This document shows, piece after piece, positions 54,127 to 63,954 of a DNA stretch of 64,000 bases; position 1 is the first letter of the stretch; every line of letters begins with the position of its first letter. This DNA comes from Paludibacteraceae bacterium (GTDB taxonomy: Bacteria > Bacteroidota > Bacteroidia > Bacteroidales > Paludibacteraceae): positions 6,181 to 70,180 of the forward strand of contig JAKSNP010000006.1 of the NCBI GenBank assembly GCA_024399655.1, given 5' to 3'. Below the pieces are notes generated by a model, which was given only the letters and a program-made list of their open reading frames with translations, did no database searches and was not told where the DNA came from. The translations under genes were made by a program, and so were the position numbers.

Positions 54127-57100
54127 TTATTTGGCTTTTTTCCACCAACCGACCACCCATCTGTCGAGTGCAACGAGCAAAGCGGGCAATACCAGCAGAA
54201 TGAGCAGAATAGCTACGAAAGCCCCCACGCTGAGACAACCCACGATAGCACTAATCGTGACGTCGTCGACCAACAAAGCCATAGCACCCGGCCCGACAAC
54301 CATCAATAAGCCGGAGGTCAAAATGGTGCGAATGGAATTGCGGTAGGCGTTTCCTGCCGCTTCGTATTTGGTTTGCGTTGCGCGCAATTCACGATAGTAG
54401 TTGGTGTACAATATGCCGTAGTCGATCGTAGCTCCCATCAAAATGCTTTGGACGATGAGGTAAGCCAGATAGAGCATCTGTCCCGTAACAAGCCCTGATA
54501 CCACCACATTGACGTATACGGCGGTGAGGACGGTAAGAACGAGAATCGTAGGGACGATGAGCGAACGGAACGATATAGCCACGATGATGAATATGGCCAA
54601 AATAGTAAGAATAGTAACCACCGTCATCTCGTGATTGAATCCGGTTTTCATCTCGCTGAACATCACGCTTTCGCCGACCAGATAATGCTCGTGTTCGAGC
54701 GATTCGTCGGCAATTTGCTGCAGCTCGTCGACAAACGCATAGGAATCGTCGGATTCGTCGGGCAGGGTGGTGATGATCGCCATAATCGAGTAGTCGCTAT
54801 GCCGCATCTGCTTGATGGCGTTGTCCAATTGCGTCTGGACATCGGCAATAGCCTGTTGTGTAGGTTCGTCAATCATTCCGGCCAGCACCTTATATCTGAC
54901 GAGTGTGTCCGCCACATAGGTGAGCAGTTGCTCGGGGCTGACGCGCATAGAGTCGTTGTAGCAGCGTGCACTTCCGTAGGTGGCATAAAGCAGGCTAACC
55001 GTTTCCGGATCGATGTCTTGGCCCAGTTTTTTGAAGTTCTGCGCCATTTCGGTATAGGTGTAAGCCTTGTCGGAGCGCATCAGTTTGTCGAATGCTTCAG
55101 CCTGTCGTTCGGCTTGTGTTTTCTTAACTACGGGTTTTGTGGTCTTTTTGGTGCTTGTGGAAGCCGCCGTGGAGGCCGTTGTTTTGCTTGCGGAAGCAGC
55201 CGTTTGTGAGGAAGCAACCGCAGATTCGGTAGATTCGCTATTGGCAGCCGCAGGCAGAGGAGTTGCCGAAGCGGTGGAAGAAAGTCCGGCAATAGCGCGG
55301 ACCTGACTTTCGCTTAAATCAAGTCCGTATTGCGTCATCCATTGAGCGATCTGTTTGGCCGATGTCTTTCCGTCGGCAATGGCAAAGTCCATCAAAGCGG
55401 TACGCAGGCGCAGTCCGTTTTTCTGTTCTTCGTTGACAAAAGATGCGAGAGACTTCCGGTTGAAAAGGTCGTCGCTGAGGAAGTGGACGTATTCGAGTGG
55501 TGTCATCCGTTTTCCGTTTTTGCTGAGCGAATAGACCATCTTGGTTTGAGCGGCAGAAGAACCGATGAGTTCGGCCATGTGCTTCACGTTCAGTTCTTTT
55601 CGTAAGATGGTGGTGTCCAGCAACTGTACCAAATAGGCCACGGAGTCGGTGGGGTAGTATTGGTATAGCCTGTCGATGAAAACGTTGAGCGGAATCTGGT
55701 CGGATGCCGCCGGCACGGGGGTTGAATGGGTTACGGCAGTTTCGGCCGTCTGTGCAGCTGGAGCGGCCGCCGTAGCGGACGGAGCGGTTACCGGTTTTTC
55801 GGCAGGCAGTTCGACGGGAGTCGTGTGTCGTTGGTGTACGACAGGCAACGGCATATCGTCATCCTCCTCGTCGTCTTCAATGGTGCTGTTGTTGAGCATC
55901 GTCTGCAACAATTGCATCTGGCTTCGCATGTTATCGTCGATAGCATCGGCAAAGAGGGGATTGGACAGGCATTCTTCGCTGATATAGCTCATCATTTCCG
56001 GGAAGCGGATGTGCAAGGTGTCACCGGCCTTGCTGCGCAGGTAATAGACCATCTTCAAGGCGTCCGGAGTGACGAGGCTGATATCCATATTGGACATATA
56101 GTCGCTCATTTCGCCGGATAGGACTTTGACGTAATTGGCGCATTCTTCGGCGGTGAACTGCTGTTTGAGCAAGGTGGGATAGGACAGGATGTTGGTGACA
56201 TAGGAATTGCCGGTGGCGGTGTCCAGGGCAGAGGCCATCTGAGGAATGCGTTGCGCCAGCGGGATAACCGACATTTCGTCTTCCGTGTCGTAAACCACAA
56301 CAATCGGATTGATTTTGGGGAATACCTGGCTGATTTGGCTTTCGCCGTTGGTGGAGAAATAAATATCGGTTCGTTGCGAGAAATAGAAAGCGGAGCCGAA
56401 AAGGAGCACGAAGAAAATCGCCATGCTGATTTTGTGATTGGTGGCAAAACGTCCCAACTTGTCAGTAGGCAGATACGGGGTAGGTTTGGCGGAGCTCACG
56501 ATTCCTTTGTACCAGAAAAGCAGCATAGCGGGCAAGAGCGTGAATGTGCAGATCAGGCTGCAAACCACACCTTTGGCCAATACGATACCGAGGTCCAATC
56601 CAATCTTCAGCCTCATGAAGCTGAGCATCAACAGTCCGACAATCGTGGTGAGGGCGCTGCTCATAATCGGCCGGAAAGCCAATTTTACGGAGCGGTTGGC
56701 GGCATTCAGGACCGATGAATCGTCGATTTTCATTTCCTGACGAAAACGGTTCATCAGGATAATGGCATAGTCAAGCGAAAGCACCAGCTGCAAGATGGCC
56801 ACGATATAGTTGGTGGTGATACTTACGGAAGGCAGGAATGCGTTGGTTCCGATATTGATGATAACGGCAAATCCAGTGGTGAGCAGGGCAATCAGCGGGT
56901 CAAGCCACGATTGACTCATCAACAAAAGGATAATCAGCACCAGGACGCCGGCGATGACCAGTGCGGAAATCGGCGGAGTGGCTCCGTCCTGACTTGTTTC
57001 CACGATGACTTCTTTCCCGTAGGTGTCGCGAATGGATTTACCGAAGGCTTTCTGGTCGATACTCTTGGCCACGACCATATTGTAGAGCGTGTATGCGCTG

Positions 57101-57399
57101 TCGGCACTCACTTCGTAACTGACGAATTGCACTTCGTCGAGCGCGGCCAATTCTGCGGCAATGGTATCTCGTTCGGCTTTGTCGAAGATGTTGTTGAACA
57201 TCGCTTTGACATCGGCCGCCTGCAACTGGTTGCCGGCGAAATCAGTGGATAGAATTTCCACCCCTCGTTTCATCTGTGAATTGTTGGGCAGGTACTTGGT
57301 CATGTCGCTATTGACATTCACCTTGGGCATCAGCCAACCGCAGAAGACGGTCACGATCAACGTGACAATCATTATAATAATATATCCTTTTTTCGTCAT
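54127..57399 (-). CDS. MMPL/RND-superfamily transporter with an enlarged second extracytoplasmic loop
   Basis: 1090 aa. There are two blocks of 5-6 TM helices (residues about 150-330 and 900-1080) in RND-like topology. The central region of several hundred residues contains Ala/Thr/Ser/Pro low-complexity tracts. Confidence 0.75.
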   Translation of the reverse strand: MTKKGYIIIMIVTLIVTVFCGWLMPKVNVNSDMTKYLPNNSQMKRGVEILSTDFAGNQLQAADVKAMFNNIFDKAERDTIAAELAALDEVQFVSYEVSADSAYTLYNMVVAKSIDQKAFGKSIRDTYGKEVIVETSQDGATPPISALVIAGVLVLIILLLMSQSWLDPLIALLTTGFAVIINIGTNAFLPSVSITTNYIVAILQLVLSLDYAIILMNRFRQEMKIDDSSVLNAANRSVKLAFRPIMSSALTTIVGLLMLSFMRLKIGLDLGIVLAKGVVCSLICTFTLLPAMLLFWYKGIVSSAKPTPYLPTDKLGRFATNHKISMAIFFVLLFGSAFYFSQRTDIYFSTNGESQISQVFPKINPIVVVYDTEDEMSVIPLAQRIPQMASALDTATGNSYVTNILSYPTLLKQQFTAEECANYVKVLSGEMSDYMSNMDISLVTPDALKMVYYLRSKAGDTLHIRFPEMMSYISEECLSNPLFADAIDDNMRSQMQLLQTMLNNSTIEDDEEDDDMPLPVVHQRHTTPVELPAEKPVTAPSATAAAPAAQTAETAVTHSTPVPAASDQIPLNVFIDRLYQYYPTDSVAYLVQLLDTTILRKELNVKHMAELIGSSAAQTKMVYSLSKNGKRMTPLEYVHFLSDDLFNRKSLASFVNEEQKNGLRLRTALMDFAIADGKTSAKQIAQWMTQYGLDLSESQVRAIAGLSSTASATPLPAAANSESTESAVASSQTAASASKTTASTAASTSTKKTTKPVVKKTQAERQAEAFDKLMRSDKAYTYTEMAQNFKKLGQDIDPETVSLLYATYGSARCYNDSMRVSPEQLLTYVADTLVRYKVLAGMIDEPTQQAIADVQTQLDNAIKQMRHSDYSIMAIITTLPDESDDSYAFVDELQQIADESLEHEHYLVGESVMFSEMKTGFNHEMTVVTILTILAIFIIVAISFRSLIVPTILVLTVLTAVYVNVVVSGLVTGQMLYLAYLIVQSILMGATIDYGILYTNYYRELRATQTKYEAAGNAYRNSIRTILTSGLLMVVGPGAMALLVDDVTISAIVGCLSVGAFVAILLILLVLPALLVALDRWVVGWWKKAK

Positions 57400-57426
57400 A
57401 AAATCTCAAAATATTCTAATTGACGA

Positions 57427-57458
57427 CAAAGGTACAACTTTTTTTTGGACTATGCAAG
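57427..57458 (-). promoter_or_regulatory. Bacteroidota-type promoter of the MMPL gene
   Basis: On the minus strand: CTTGCAT (57455-57458) and TACCTTTG (57427-57434), 20-nt spacer. Confidence 0.55.
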
Positions 57459-57481
57459 TTTGTAAGGGAAAAATGTACAAT

Positions 57482-58477
57482 TTATTGTACTTTTTTTAAT
57501 TTTATCAGCGTAATTTCTTGCGGAACGCCGATACGGCAGGGGGCAGTTCCTCCCAATCCGGTGTTGATGTAAAGGCATCGGTTACGGTTTTTTACGAGTC
57601 CCGACACGTCGTCGAAAAACCATGCTGCGGGTGTCCATCCGAAGAGTCGCAATTGCGCTCCGTGGGTGTGTCCGGAGAGCGTTAGGGGTATCGGCAGGGT
57701 GTCGGCCACCTCTCGACGCCAATGAGTGGGATCGTGGGTGAGCAGAATTCTGAACCCGTCGGTCTGTCGCATGGCTTTTTTCAAGTCGGCTTTTTGAATG
57801 GGGAAGGCGCGACGGACAAGCAGTTTGTCGTAGCTTTGATTCATGACGCCAATCACGAAAATGCTGTCTTTGCATCGGCGAATTTTGAAGTTCTGGTTGT
57901 TGAGCAGGTGCCAATGCAGACTGTCGCGTTGGATGGTGACGATGCGTTTGAGGTTGGTTTCCTGTTGTTCGGGTGTGGAATTGTAGGGGGTGAAATCATG
58001 ATTCCCGAGTATGCTGACGATGCCGTCGTGAGCATGCAATCCCTTCAGCACGGGCAGGGCGGGAATGATTTCGTCGGGCGACAGATTGATCAGGTCGCCG
58101 GTGAAGCAAATCAGGTCGGGTTGGAGTCGGTTGATGCGGTTGACAATCGTTTGCAGCCGCTCGGGACAATCGGCGAACGAACCTACGTGCAAATCGCTTA
58201 TATGTACGATTCTGTAATCTTCAAATCCTTCAGGCAAGTTGTTGAATATCAAAGTGTAGCGTTTGGTTTGCAATTGCCATTGGCCGACACGGTTTCCGTA
58301 GATGATCATCGCTGTTCCGACGGCAATCAGCAGCAAGGTGGCGAGGCCGAAGGGCTTGTAGGAAAGCTTGTGCCCTCTGCGCCTGACAATCGGACGCAAA
58401 GCCATATACAGACCGAAAATCAAGGCGGCCGTCAGCGCGAAAAGAATGATAACCAACAGAATGAAAAATCGTGACAT
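57482..58477 (-). CDS. Membrane-anchored metallophosphoesterase (YkuE-like)
   Basis: Two N-terminal TMs, then HISDLHVG, TGDLIN, GNHD and SGHTHG. Confidence 0.85.
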   Translation of the reverse strand: MSRFFILLVIILFALTAALIFGLYMALRPIVRRRGHKLSYKPFGLATLLLIAVGTAMIIYGNRVGQWQLQTKRYTLIFNNLPEGFEDYRIVHISDLHVGSFADCPERLQTIVNRINRLQPDLICFTGDLINLSPDEIIPALPVLKGLHAHDGIVSILGNHDFTPYNSTPEQQETNLKRIVTIQRDSLHWHLLNNQNFKIRRCKDSIFVIGVMNQSYDKLLVRRAFPIQKADLKKAMRQTDGFRILLTHDPTHWRREVADTLPIPLTLSGHTHGAQLRLFGWTPAAWFFDDVSGLVKNRNRCLYINTGLGGTAPCRIGVPQEITLIKLKKVQ

Positions 58478-58489
58478 AAACCGGCTTTG

Positions 58490-59218
58490 TTAATTGAAAT
58501 CCCCCTTCAGAAAAGTCAGTCTTTCTTCTTCGGGAAAATGCTCGATAGCATAGCGCAGGGCGGTTCGCGGCAGTCGGGAGTAGTTGGCTTTCAGCCAGCT
58601 GCGCAGGACGTCTCCGTCGCGTTTGCCCACGTCGCGCAACAGCCATCCCACGGCTTTGTGGAGAAGGTCTTCTTCGCTTGACAGCAGGAGACCGGCGATA
58701 TTCAGCGTGTCGTTCAAGTCGTTGCGGCGAACAAAATACATGGTGCTGACAATCGCGATGCGTTTCTGCCAGATGGTTTCGCCGTTTTGAGCCCAATCGT
58801 AAAGCAGTTGCCTGTCGCGATTCCACAGGTAAGGTCCGAGAATCTCGTAGCACGAAAGGTCAACCAGATCCCAATTGTTGATCCGCTCCAAATGGCGGAT
58901 ATAAAACTGCACTGTTTCTTCCTTTTCAGCCTCGTTTTTGGCGTGTTTGTATTGTTGTACGAGGGTGAGAAGTGCTGCCATTCGGCTCTCGTGAAAAGGG
59001 GAGGACAGCATGATGTGGAGATCGTCAAGCGAGGTTGTTTTCCAATATCGTGCTACCAATCGGCGGATTTGTGGCACGCGAACGCCTAAAAATCGGTCGC
59101 CTTCGCCGTATTGCCCTTCTCCGCATTTGAAAAACCGCAACTGCTGAACGGCCTGTGCATCGTTGCGCAGTCCGGCCAGTTCGGAATATAAGGGAATATC
59201 GTGTATGTTTCGTTTCAT
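58490..59218 (-). CDS. DNA alkylation repair protein (AlkD-like HEAT-repeat)
   Basis: 242 aa. FFKCGEGQYGEGDRFLGVRVPQIR and WLLRDVGKRD are typical of the family. Confidence 0.85.
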   Translation of the reverse strand: MKRNIHDIPLYSELAGLRNDAQAVQQLRFFKCGEGQYGEGDRFLGVRVPQIRRLVARYWKTTSLDDLHIMLSSPFHESRMAALLTLVQQYKHAKNEAEKEETVQFYIRHLERINNWDLVDLSCYEILGPYLWNRDRQLLYDWAQNGETIWQKRIAIVSTMYFVRRNDLNDTLNIAGLLLSSEEDLLHKAVGWLLRDVGKRDGDVLRSWLKANYSRLPRTALRYAIEHFPEEERLTFLKGDFN

Positions 59219-59242
59219 CTGCCTGCTTTGGTAGCTACACCT

Positions 59243-59301
59243 TTTTATATTATTATATAATAAGAGCGATTTTTTTTATATTATATAATAAGAGCGATTT
59301 T
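59243..59301. repeat. Tandem ~28-bp duplication, each copy containing an AT palindrome (TTATTATATAATAA / TATTATATAATA) followed by GAGCGATTTT
   Basis: Read directly. TTATATAATAAGAGCGATTTT occurs at 59253 and at 59281. Confidence 0.85.
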
Positions 59302-59330
59302 CTGGTCCCGTATCCGATTGGCGGTTGGTG

Positions 59331-59678
59331 CTATGGAAAATCGACGCGTTCTTTTTTGGGTAATTTACTGTTGACTTCATCCCATGCGTGCCGCACGAGG
59401 CGCTTGAGCAGGTCGTCGGGAAGATTGCCGTTCAGATTGATCTGATTCCAGTATTTTTTGTTCCAATGCCAGGCTCCTTCTATTTCGGGATGAAGTTCGC
59501 GCAGTTGCAAAGCATATTCGGCATCGCATTTCAATACAATCCGGTCGTGTTGGTCGAGACTGATACAACCGAATATCTTGCCTTTGAGCCGAAATACCAC
59601 CACGGTGTCGTCAAACGGCATGTCTTCGGTGGAATAGGGGAGCGAGAGGCAATGTTCGCGGAATTCGATGATATTCAT
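59331..59678 (-). CDS. MmcQ/YjbR-family protein
   Basis: 115 aa. FREHCLSLPYSTEDMPFDD...VFRLKGKIF...WHWNKKYW. Confidence 0.85.
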   Translation of the reverse strand: MNIIEFREHCLSLPYSTEDMPFDDTVVVFRLKGKIFGCISLDQHDRIVLKCDAEYALQLRELHPEIEGAWHWNKKYWNQINLNGNLPDDLLKRLVRHAWDEVNSKLPKKERVDFP

Positions 59679-59684
59679 CTCAAA

Positions 59685-60122
59685 TCAAAAACGAATCTCT
59701 TTTTCGGGAGCGTACGAGCAGGTGATCCAAGCCACGGCGTCGGTCAGATAATAGACGGCAATGTTGTCGTCGTTCTCGTTGTAGATGCTGCGCATGTCGG
59801 TGTATTCGTCCAACATCGATTTCTTGGCCTCAACGCGATCGTCTTCCTGCAGACGTCCGGCCAGTCTTATCCACGAGTGGTTTTCGGTGTTGAAGGCGCA
59901 CAGTTCCACGCGGTTGTTGGCTTTGATTTGGGCTGCAATCCGTTTGCAATGGGCGGCTTGAATATAGAGTTTGTCTTCAAAAATATGGCATGTCCCGAAC
60001 GGGCGTACACGCGGTTGATCGCCCTCAGCCGTGGCAATCATATAGTAGCCGCATGCTTTGATGGCTTTGCTCACTTCCTGCATACCCTCGGGGTTGCAGG
60101 TCTTGTATTCTTCTGCTTTCAT
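59685..60122 (-). CDS. Pyridoxamine 5'-phosphate oxidase-like FMN-binding protein
   Basis: 145 aa. GYYMIATAEGDQPRVRPFG...NNRVELCAF fits a split-barrel family layout. Confidence 0.75.
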   Translation of the reverse strand: MKAEEYKTCNPEGMQEVSKAIKACGYYMIATAEGDQPRVRPFGTCHIFEDKLYIQAAHCKRIAAQIKANNRVELCAFNTENHSWIRLAGRLQEDDRVEAKKSMLDEYTDMRSIYNENDDNIAVYYLTDAVAWITCSYAPEKEIRF

Positions 60123-60142
60123 ATCGTATAATTTTCAGGCTG

Positions 60143-60174
60143 CAAAGTTACTGCTTTTTTTTGATATATGCAAA
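60143..60174 (-). promoter_or_regulatory. Bacteroidota-type promoter of the PNPOx-MmcQ-AlkD-phosphoesterase string
   Basis: On the minus strand: TTTGCAT (TTTG = 60171-60174), A8-GCAG, and TAACTTTG (60143-60150), 20-nt spacer. Confidence 0.6.
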
Positions 60175-60256
60175 CATTTTCGGTATGTCGCGTGATTTTT
60201 GCCGATTCCTATATTTCTGTTTCTTGACAGAAAAAATAACAAAATGCATGTTTTTG

Positions 60257-60288
60257 TTTGCATAATTGAGAAAAAAGTAGTAATTTTG
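60257..60288 (+). promoter_or_regulatory. Bacteroidota-type promoter of the C10 peptidase gene
   Basis: TTTGCAT (TTTG = 60257-60260) and TAATTTTG at 60281-60288, 20-nt spacer. Confidence 0.6.
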
Positions 60289-60330
60289 CAGCCGAAATAT
60301 GGAATTTTTAACTTCAATCAATAGTACGAT

Positions 60331-63300
60331 ATGAAAAAACTCACTTTATGTGCCGTATGTCTGTCGGCATGCTTTGCGGCCCTTTTTGCAGCACCGCGTA
60401 CGCCCCAGCAGGCATTGTATGAAGCGGAATTGTTCGCTCGTCAGGATGCCTCGCCGATGCGCCGCATGGCCATGTCGGCTCCCATGAAACTGGCGTACAC
60501 CGCCGTTCAGCCTGTGTCCGGTCAGCCGGCTTATTATGTATTCAATCGCGGTCAGAACGCGGGATTTGTGATTGTGGCAGCCGACGATTGCACCGAAACT
60601 GTTATCGCCTATGCGGATGAAGGCACTTTTGTAAGCGAAAACATGCCTGACAACGTGGCCTATTGGATGCAGCGCATTGCCGCAAGCGTCGAGCAGAACG
60701 CACAACGTCCGGTTAATCCTTTGCTGAAAACGCCCAAACGTCAGAAAGCCAATTTTACGCCTATCCTGCTGTCGGTGCAGACTCGCTGGAACCAAGGCTA
60801 CCCTTACAATATTCAATGCCCGATGGACGGTGACTACAATTCGGTAACCGGCTGTGTGGCCACGGCCTGCGCTCAGGTGATGAAGTTCTATAACTGGCCC
60901 GTAACCGGAACCGGCAGCCACTCCTATTATTGGGATGGCGGCGAGGAAGGGCCTGCACAAACGCTGTCGGCCAATTTCGGAGCAACCACGTACGATTGGA
61001 CCAATATGCTCAATACTTATAATTCCACCGCCACCTCCACTCAGCAAACGGCAGTAGCTACCTTGATGTCGCATTGCGGCATAGCCTGTGAAATGGGCTA
61101 TTCAGCCTCGGGCAGCGGAGCGTTTACCGAAGATATGGCTCAGGCGCTCTACACCTATTTCGGCTATGATTCGGCGGTGCAGGTGATCAGAAAGGATTAT
61201 ATGACGGCCCCCGCCTTCTTGGATATTATTTATGATGAATTGCAGGCCGGACGCCCCATGTTAATGGACGGAGCCACCGTCAATAACGAAGGCCACTGTT
61301 TTGTATGCGACGGTATCGATGCCGACGGTCTCGTGCATATCAACTGGGGGTGGGGCGGCAGTTGCGACGCCTATTTTAATGTGAATAATCTCGATCCGTA
61401 CGACCAGGGTATCGGCGGCGCTGCCAGCGGCATGGCGTTCACCGAAGATGTGTCGCTTTTCAGAGGTATTCGTCCCGCACAGGGCGGACGTCCGCGTCCT
61501 ACCGTTGTGGCCGATAATATCAGTCTCAATTATATGCGTATGGCCAAAACCACTTTGCCTCGTTTCACCGCCACCCGCTTCATGAATTACGGTGTCGGTG
61601 ATTGGAGCGGACGTTTTGTGCTTGCGGTTTACCAGAACGGTGCGTTGGTCGGCACCTACACGGACGATGTTTACGATTTCAGTTTGGGAAGATGGTATTA
61701 CACTTCATCTTATTTTATCGAACCCGACCTCTCCTCCTTGCCAGCCGGTCAATACGACGCCATGTTGGGCGTGACGATGGCAGGGCAGAGCGGATGTTAT
61801 CCTATCTACCTGTGGAATCACGGCGAACAGCATTACGACCTTACCGTAACCAACGATTCGCTTATTTTTGTCAACCAACAGAGTGAAGAGGATTACTCTC
61901 GATTCGAATATACTGACCTGAGCGCATACGCTTATCCCGACAACACGCTGACGGGCTCCTATAGATGGAATCTGCAGTTTGAGACGGCCAATTTCTGGAA
62001 CGGTGGTAACAACGACGGCGTATTGATGTTCGGCATCTACACGTCATCTCCCTATTCAATTGCCGGCACCTATCGCTATGCATCGTCCACCGATCCCGGT
62101 TCGATGGCTCTGGTCAAGATATTCAGCGGCAATAACAGTTATTATACGGAAATGAGCGGTTCGGATGGAGAACTGACCTTGGTGGCTCAGGCCGACGGCA
62201 CCTACAAGGCGTTCTTCCAATATACGGTGAACGGCGGTGAATATCAGGATACCGTAGTGTTTGCCGCCAATCGTGTTACGGCCTCCAATGCCGATACCGA
62301 TGCCTCCATCTCACTCCGTCGCTATCCCGCCACGGCGATGAGCATACAGGCGGCGTCGGATATGACCGATTATTGGAGCGCGGGTCAGAATGCCCCGATT
62401 CCCTACCTGATTGGCGGATATATCTATGATTTCGACCGCCAGACGGCCGCTCAGCGAGCTTCCGCCGGTTACACTAAATTCAATCTTCAGGAAGGCGCCT
62501 ACGGCCTCTATTGTACGGATATCTATTGGCTTGACAGTACCCGTTTCGTCACCGGCAACGAAATCCAGCAGGGCGATACCATAGTGGTGTTGGCCACGCT
62601 GTCCTTCACGCGTATGACTCCCCATGTACGCTTCCAGAAGGGATATGTCTACTATGACAAGCGCCTCGCTCCTGACGATCCTCCCGTAGATGATGAAATT
62701 TCGGTGAATGTCTATTTGCCCGACGATATCGCATTTGCTGCTCCCGACGGACTTTATGCCTGGTGGTGGAGCAATTCCGTTGCAGGTGCCTGCGTGGCGG
62801 CGGAGCCGCAAGGAAACGGCCTTTATACGGTTTCCGTTCCCTGTTCCGACAATCAGTTCCAATGCCTGATAGTGGATCGTAATGTAGCGGTCAACGGCTG
62901 GGACGGAGCCTACCAGACCTACGATTCGCCCCTGCTCAATGGCGGCGAATGCCTGGTGGTCGGGTATTCGGACGGTGCACGTTACGCATTGACGTCCGTT
63001 GATTGCTCATTGCCCCTTACGGCGGCCACTTTGCCCGTTTCATTGCAGGCATCCACGGCGGTCGGAAATGTGACTATGTCCTGGACTTCGGATGAAGGCA
63101 GTCTCTGGCGTATCGAAATCTACGAACAGGCCACTGGCGATTTGGCTTATTCCACTACGGTGACCCAACCGACACTGTCCTTGTATTGCAACAGTTCGGA
63201 CACCTACATCTGGCGTGTACGTACGATGAATGACGATTATACTCCGCTTTCCAATTGGGTCAGCTCCATCTTCGCCTGCCCCGCCAATCCATACTCGCTG

Positions 63301-63954
63301 AGCAATCTGCAGGCCACTTCCTCCGACGGTGTCACTTACACTTTCTCGTGGAACTGTACCCCAGCCACGCCCGCATATAGGCTCCGCATCATCTATTATT
63401 CGGAAGATGCCGCCTATTATTATTGCGACAGCGTGATCACGTCCACATCGCTCACGCTCGATCTCACCTATACGGGCACCTACGAATGGACGGTATATGC
63501 CATCGAATCCGACGGCTCGATTCTTACTTTCGCCAACGGAGAGGACATCACTATAGTGGATGACACCGATTATTCGGTATCAATCACCGATTTCACATCC
63601 AACGGATTGACCGTCACCTTCGAATGGACCAGCGCCGCAAACGTCTTCCAGGTTACGGTGTTTGACGAGGAACTGGAAAACCAGCTGATCGATGTTGAAT
63701 TCGTGGAGGGGTATAGCTTCACCTGCACTCTGCCGGCCGAAGGTACGTATTATTTCTATATCCGTCCCGTCAACGACAGTTATACGGCCTATCTGGGAGC
63801 TTATCAGTTGTTCGAGTTCTCGGTTACGGCTGAGCCCACCGATATGGAAATCACCGAGGCGGAAGAACAAGCCGTGAAATTGATACGCGACAATCGTCTG
63901 CTTATCCGACGTGAGAACAGATGGTTTGACGCGGCCGGCCTGCTGCTCCGATAG
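60331..63954 (+). CDS. Large secreted C10-family (streptopain/SpeB-like) cysteine peptidase with C-terminal Ig/Fn3-like modules
   Basis: A signal peptide, then a Spi-type propeptide (AYYVFNRGQNAGFVIVAADD), a catalytic Cys context WNQGYPYN...VTGCVATACAQVM and a His context EGHCFVCDG. About 700 further residues include three ~95-aa beta-module repeats and a basic C-terminal tail. Confidence 0.85.
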   Translation: MKKLTLCAVCLSACFAALFAAPRTPQQALYEAELFARQDASPMRRMAMSAPMKLAYTAVQPVSGQPAYYVFNRGQNAGFVIVAADDCTETVIAYADEGTFVSENMPDNVAYWMQRIAASVEQNAQRPVNPLLKTPKRQKANFTPILLSVQTRWNQGYPYNIQCPMDGDYNSVTGCVATACAQVMKFYNWPVTGTGSHSYYWDGGEEGPAQTLSANFGATTYDWTNMLNTYNSTATSTQQTAVATLMSHCGIACEMGYSASGSGAFTEDMAQALYTYFGYDSAVQVIRKDYMTAPAFLDIIYDELQAGRPMLMDGATVNNEGHCFVCDGIDADGLVHINWGWGGSCDAYFNVNNLDPYDQGIGGAASGMAFTEDVSLFRGIRPAQGGRPRPTVVADNISLNYMRMAKTTLPRFTATRFMNYGVGDWSGRFVLAVYQNGALVGTYTDDVYDFSLGRWYYTSSYFIEPDLSSLPAGQYDAMLGVTMAGQSGCYPIYLWNHGEQHYDLTVTNDSLIFVNQQSEEDYSRFEYTDLSAYAYPDNTLTGSYRWNLQFETANFWNGGNNDGVLMFGIYTSSPYSIAGTYRYASSTDPGSMALVKIFSGNNSYYTEMSGSDGELTLVAQADGTYKAFFQYTVNGGEYQDTVVFAANRVTASNADTDASISLRRYPATAMSIQAASDMTDYWSAGQNAPIPYLIGGYIYDFDRQTAAQRASAGYTKFNLQEGAYGLYCTDIYWLDSTRFVTGNEIQQGDTIVVLATLSFTRMTPHVRFQKGYVYYDKRLAPDDPPVDDEISVNVYLPDDIAFAAPDGLYAWWWSNSVAGACVAAEPQGNGLYTVSVPCSDNQFQCLIVDRNVAVNGWDGAYQTYDSPLLNGGECLVVGYSDGARYALTSVDCSLPLTAATLPVSLQASTAVGNVTMSWTSDEGSLWRIEIYEQATGDLAYSTTVTQPTLSLYCNSSDTYIWRVRTMNDDYTPLSNWVSSIFACPANPYSLSNLQATSSDGVTYTFSWNCTPATPAYRLRIIYYSEDAAYYYCDSVITSTSLTLDLTYTGTYEWTVYAIESDGSILTFANGEDITIVDDTDYSVSITDFTSNGLTVTFEWTSAANVFQVTVFDEELENQLIDVEFVEGYSFTCTLPAEGTYYFYIRPVNDSYTAYLGAYQLFEFSVTAEPTDMEITEAEEQAVKLIRDNRLLIRRENRWFDAAGLLLR

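Noticed and set aside
53844-54238. 73-aa (+) and 81-aa (-) ORFs in the gap between the hut promoter and the MMPL gene end
   Set aside because: They overlap each other, lack consensus promoters, and have implausible sequences. The minus ORF also runs into the MMPL 3' end. The gap remains unassigned.
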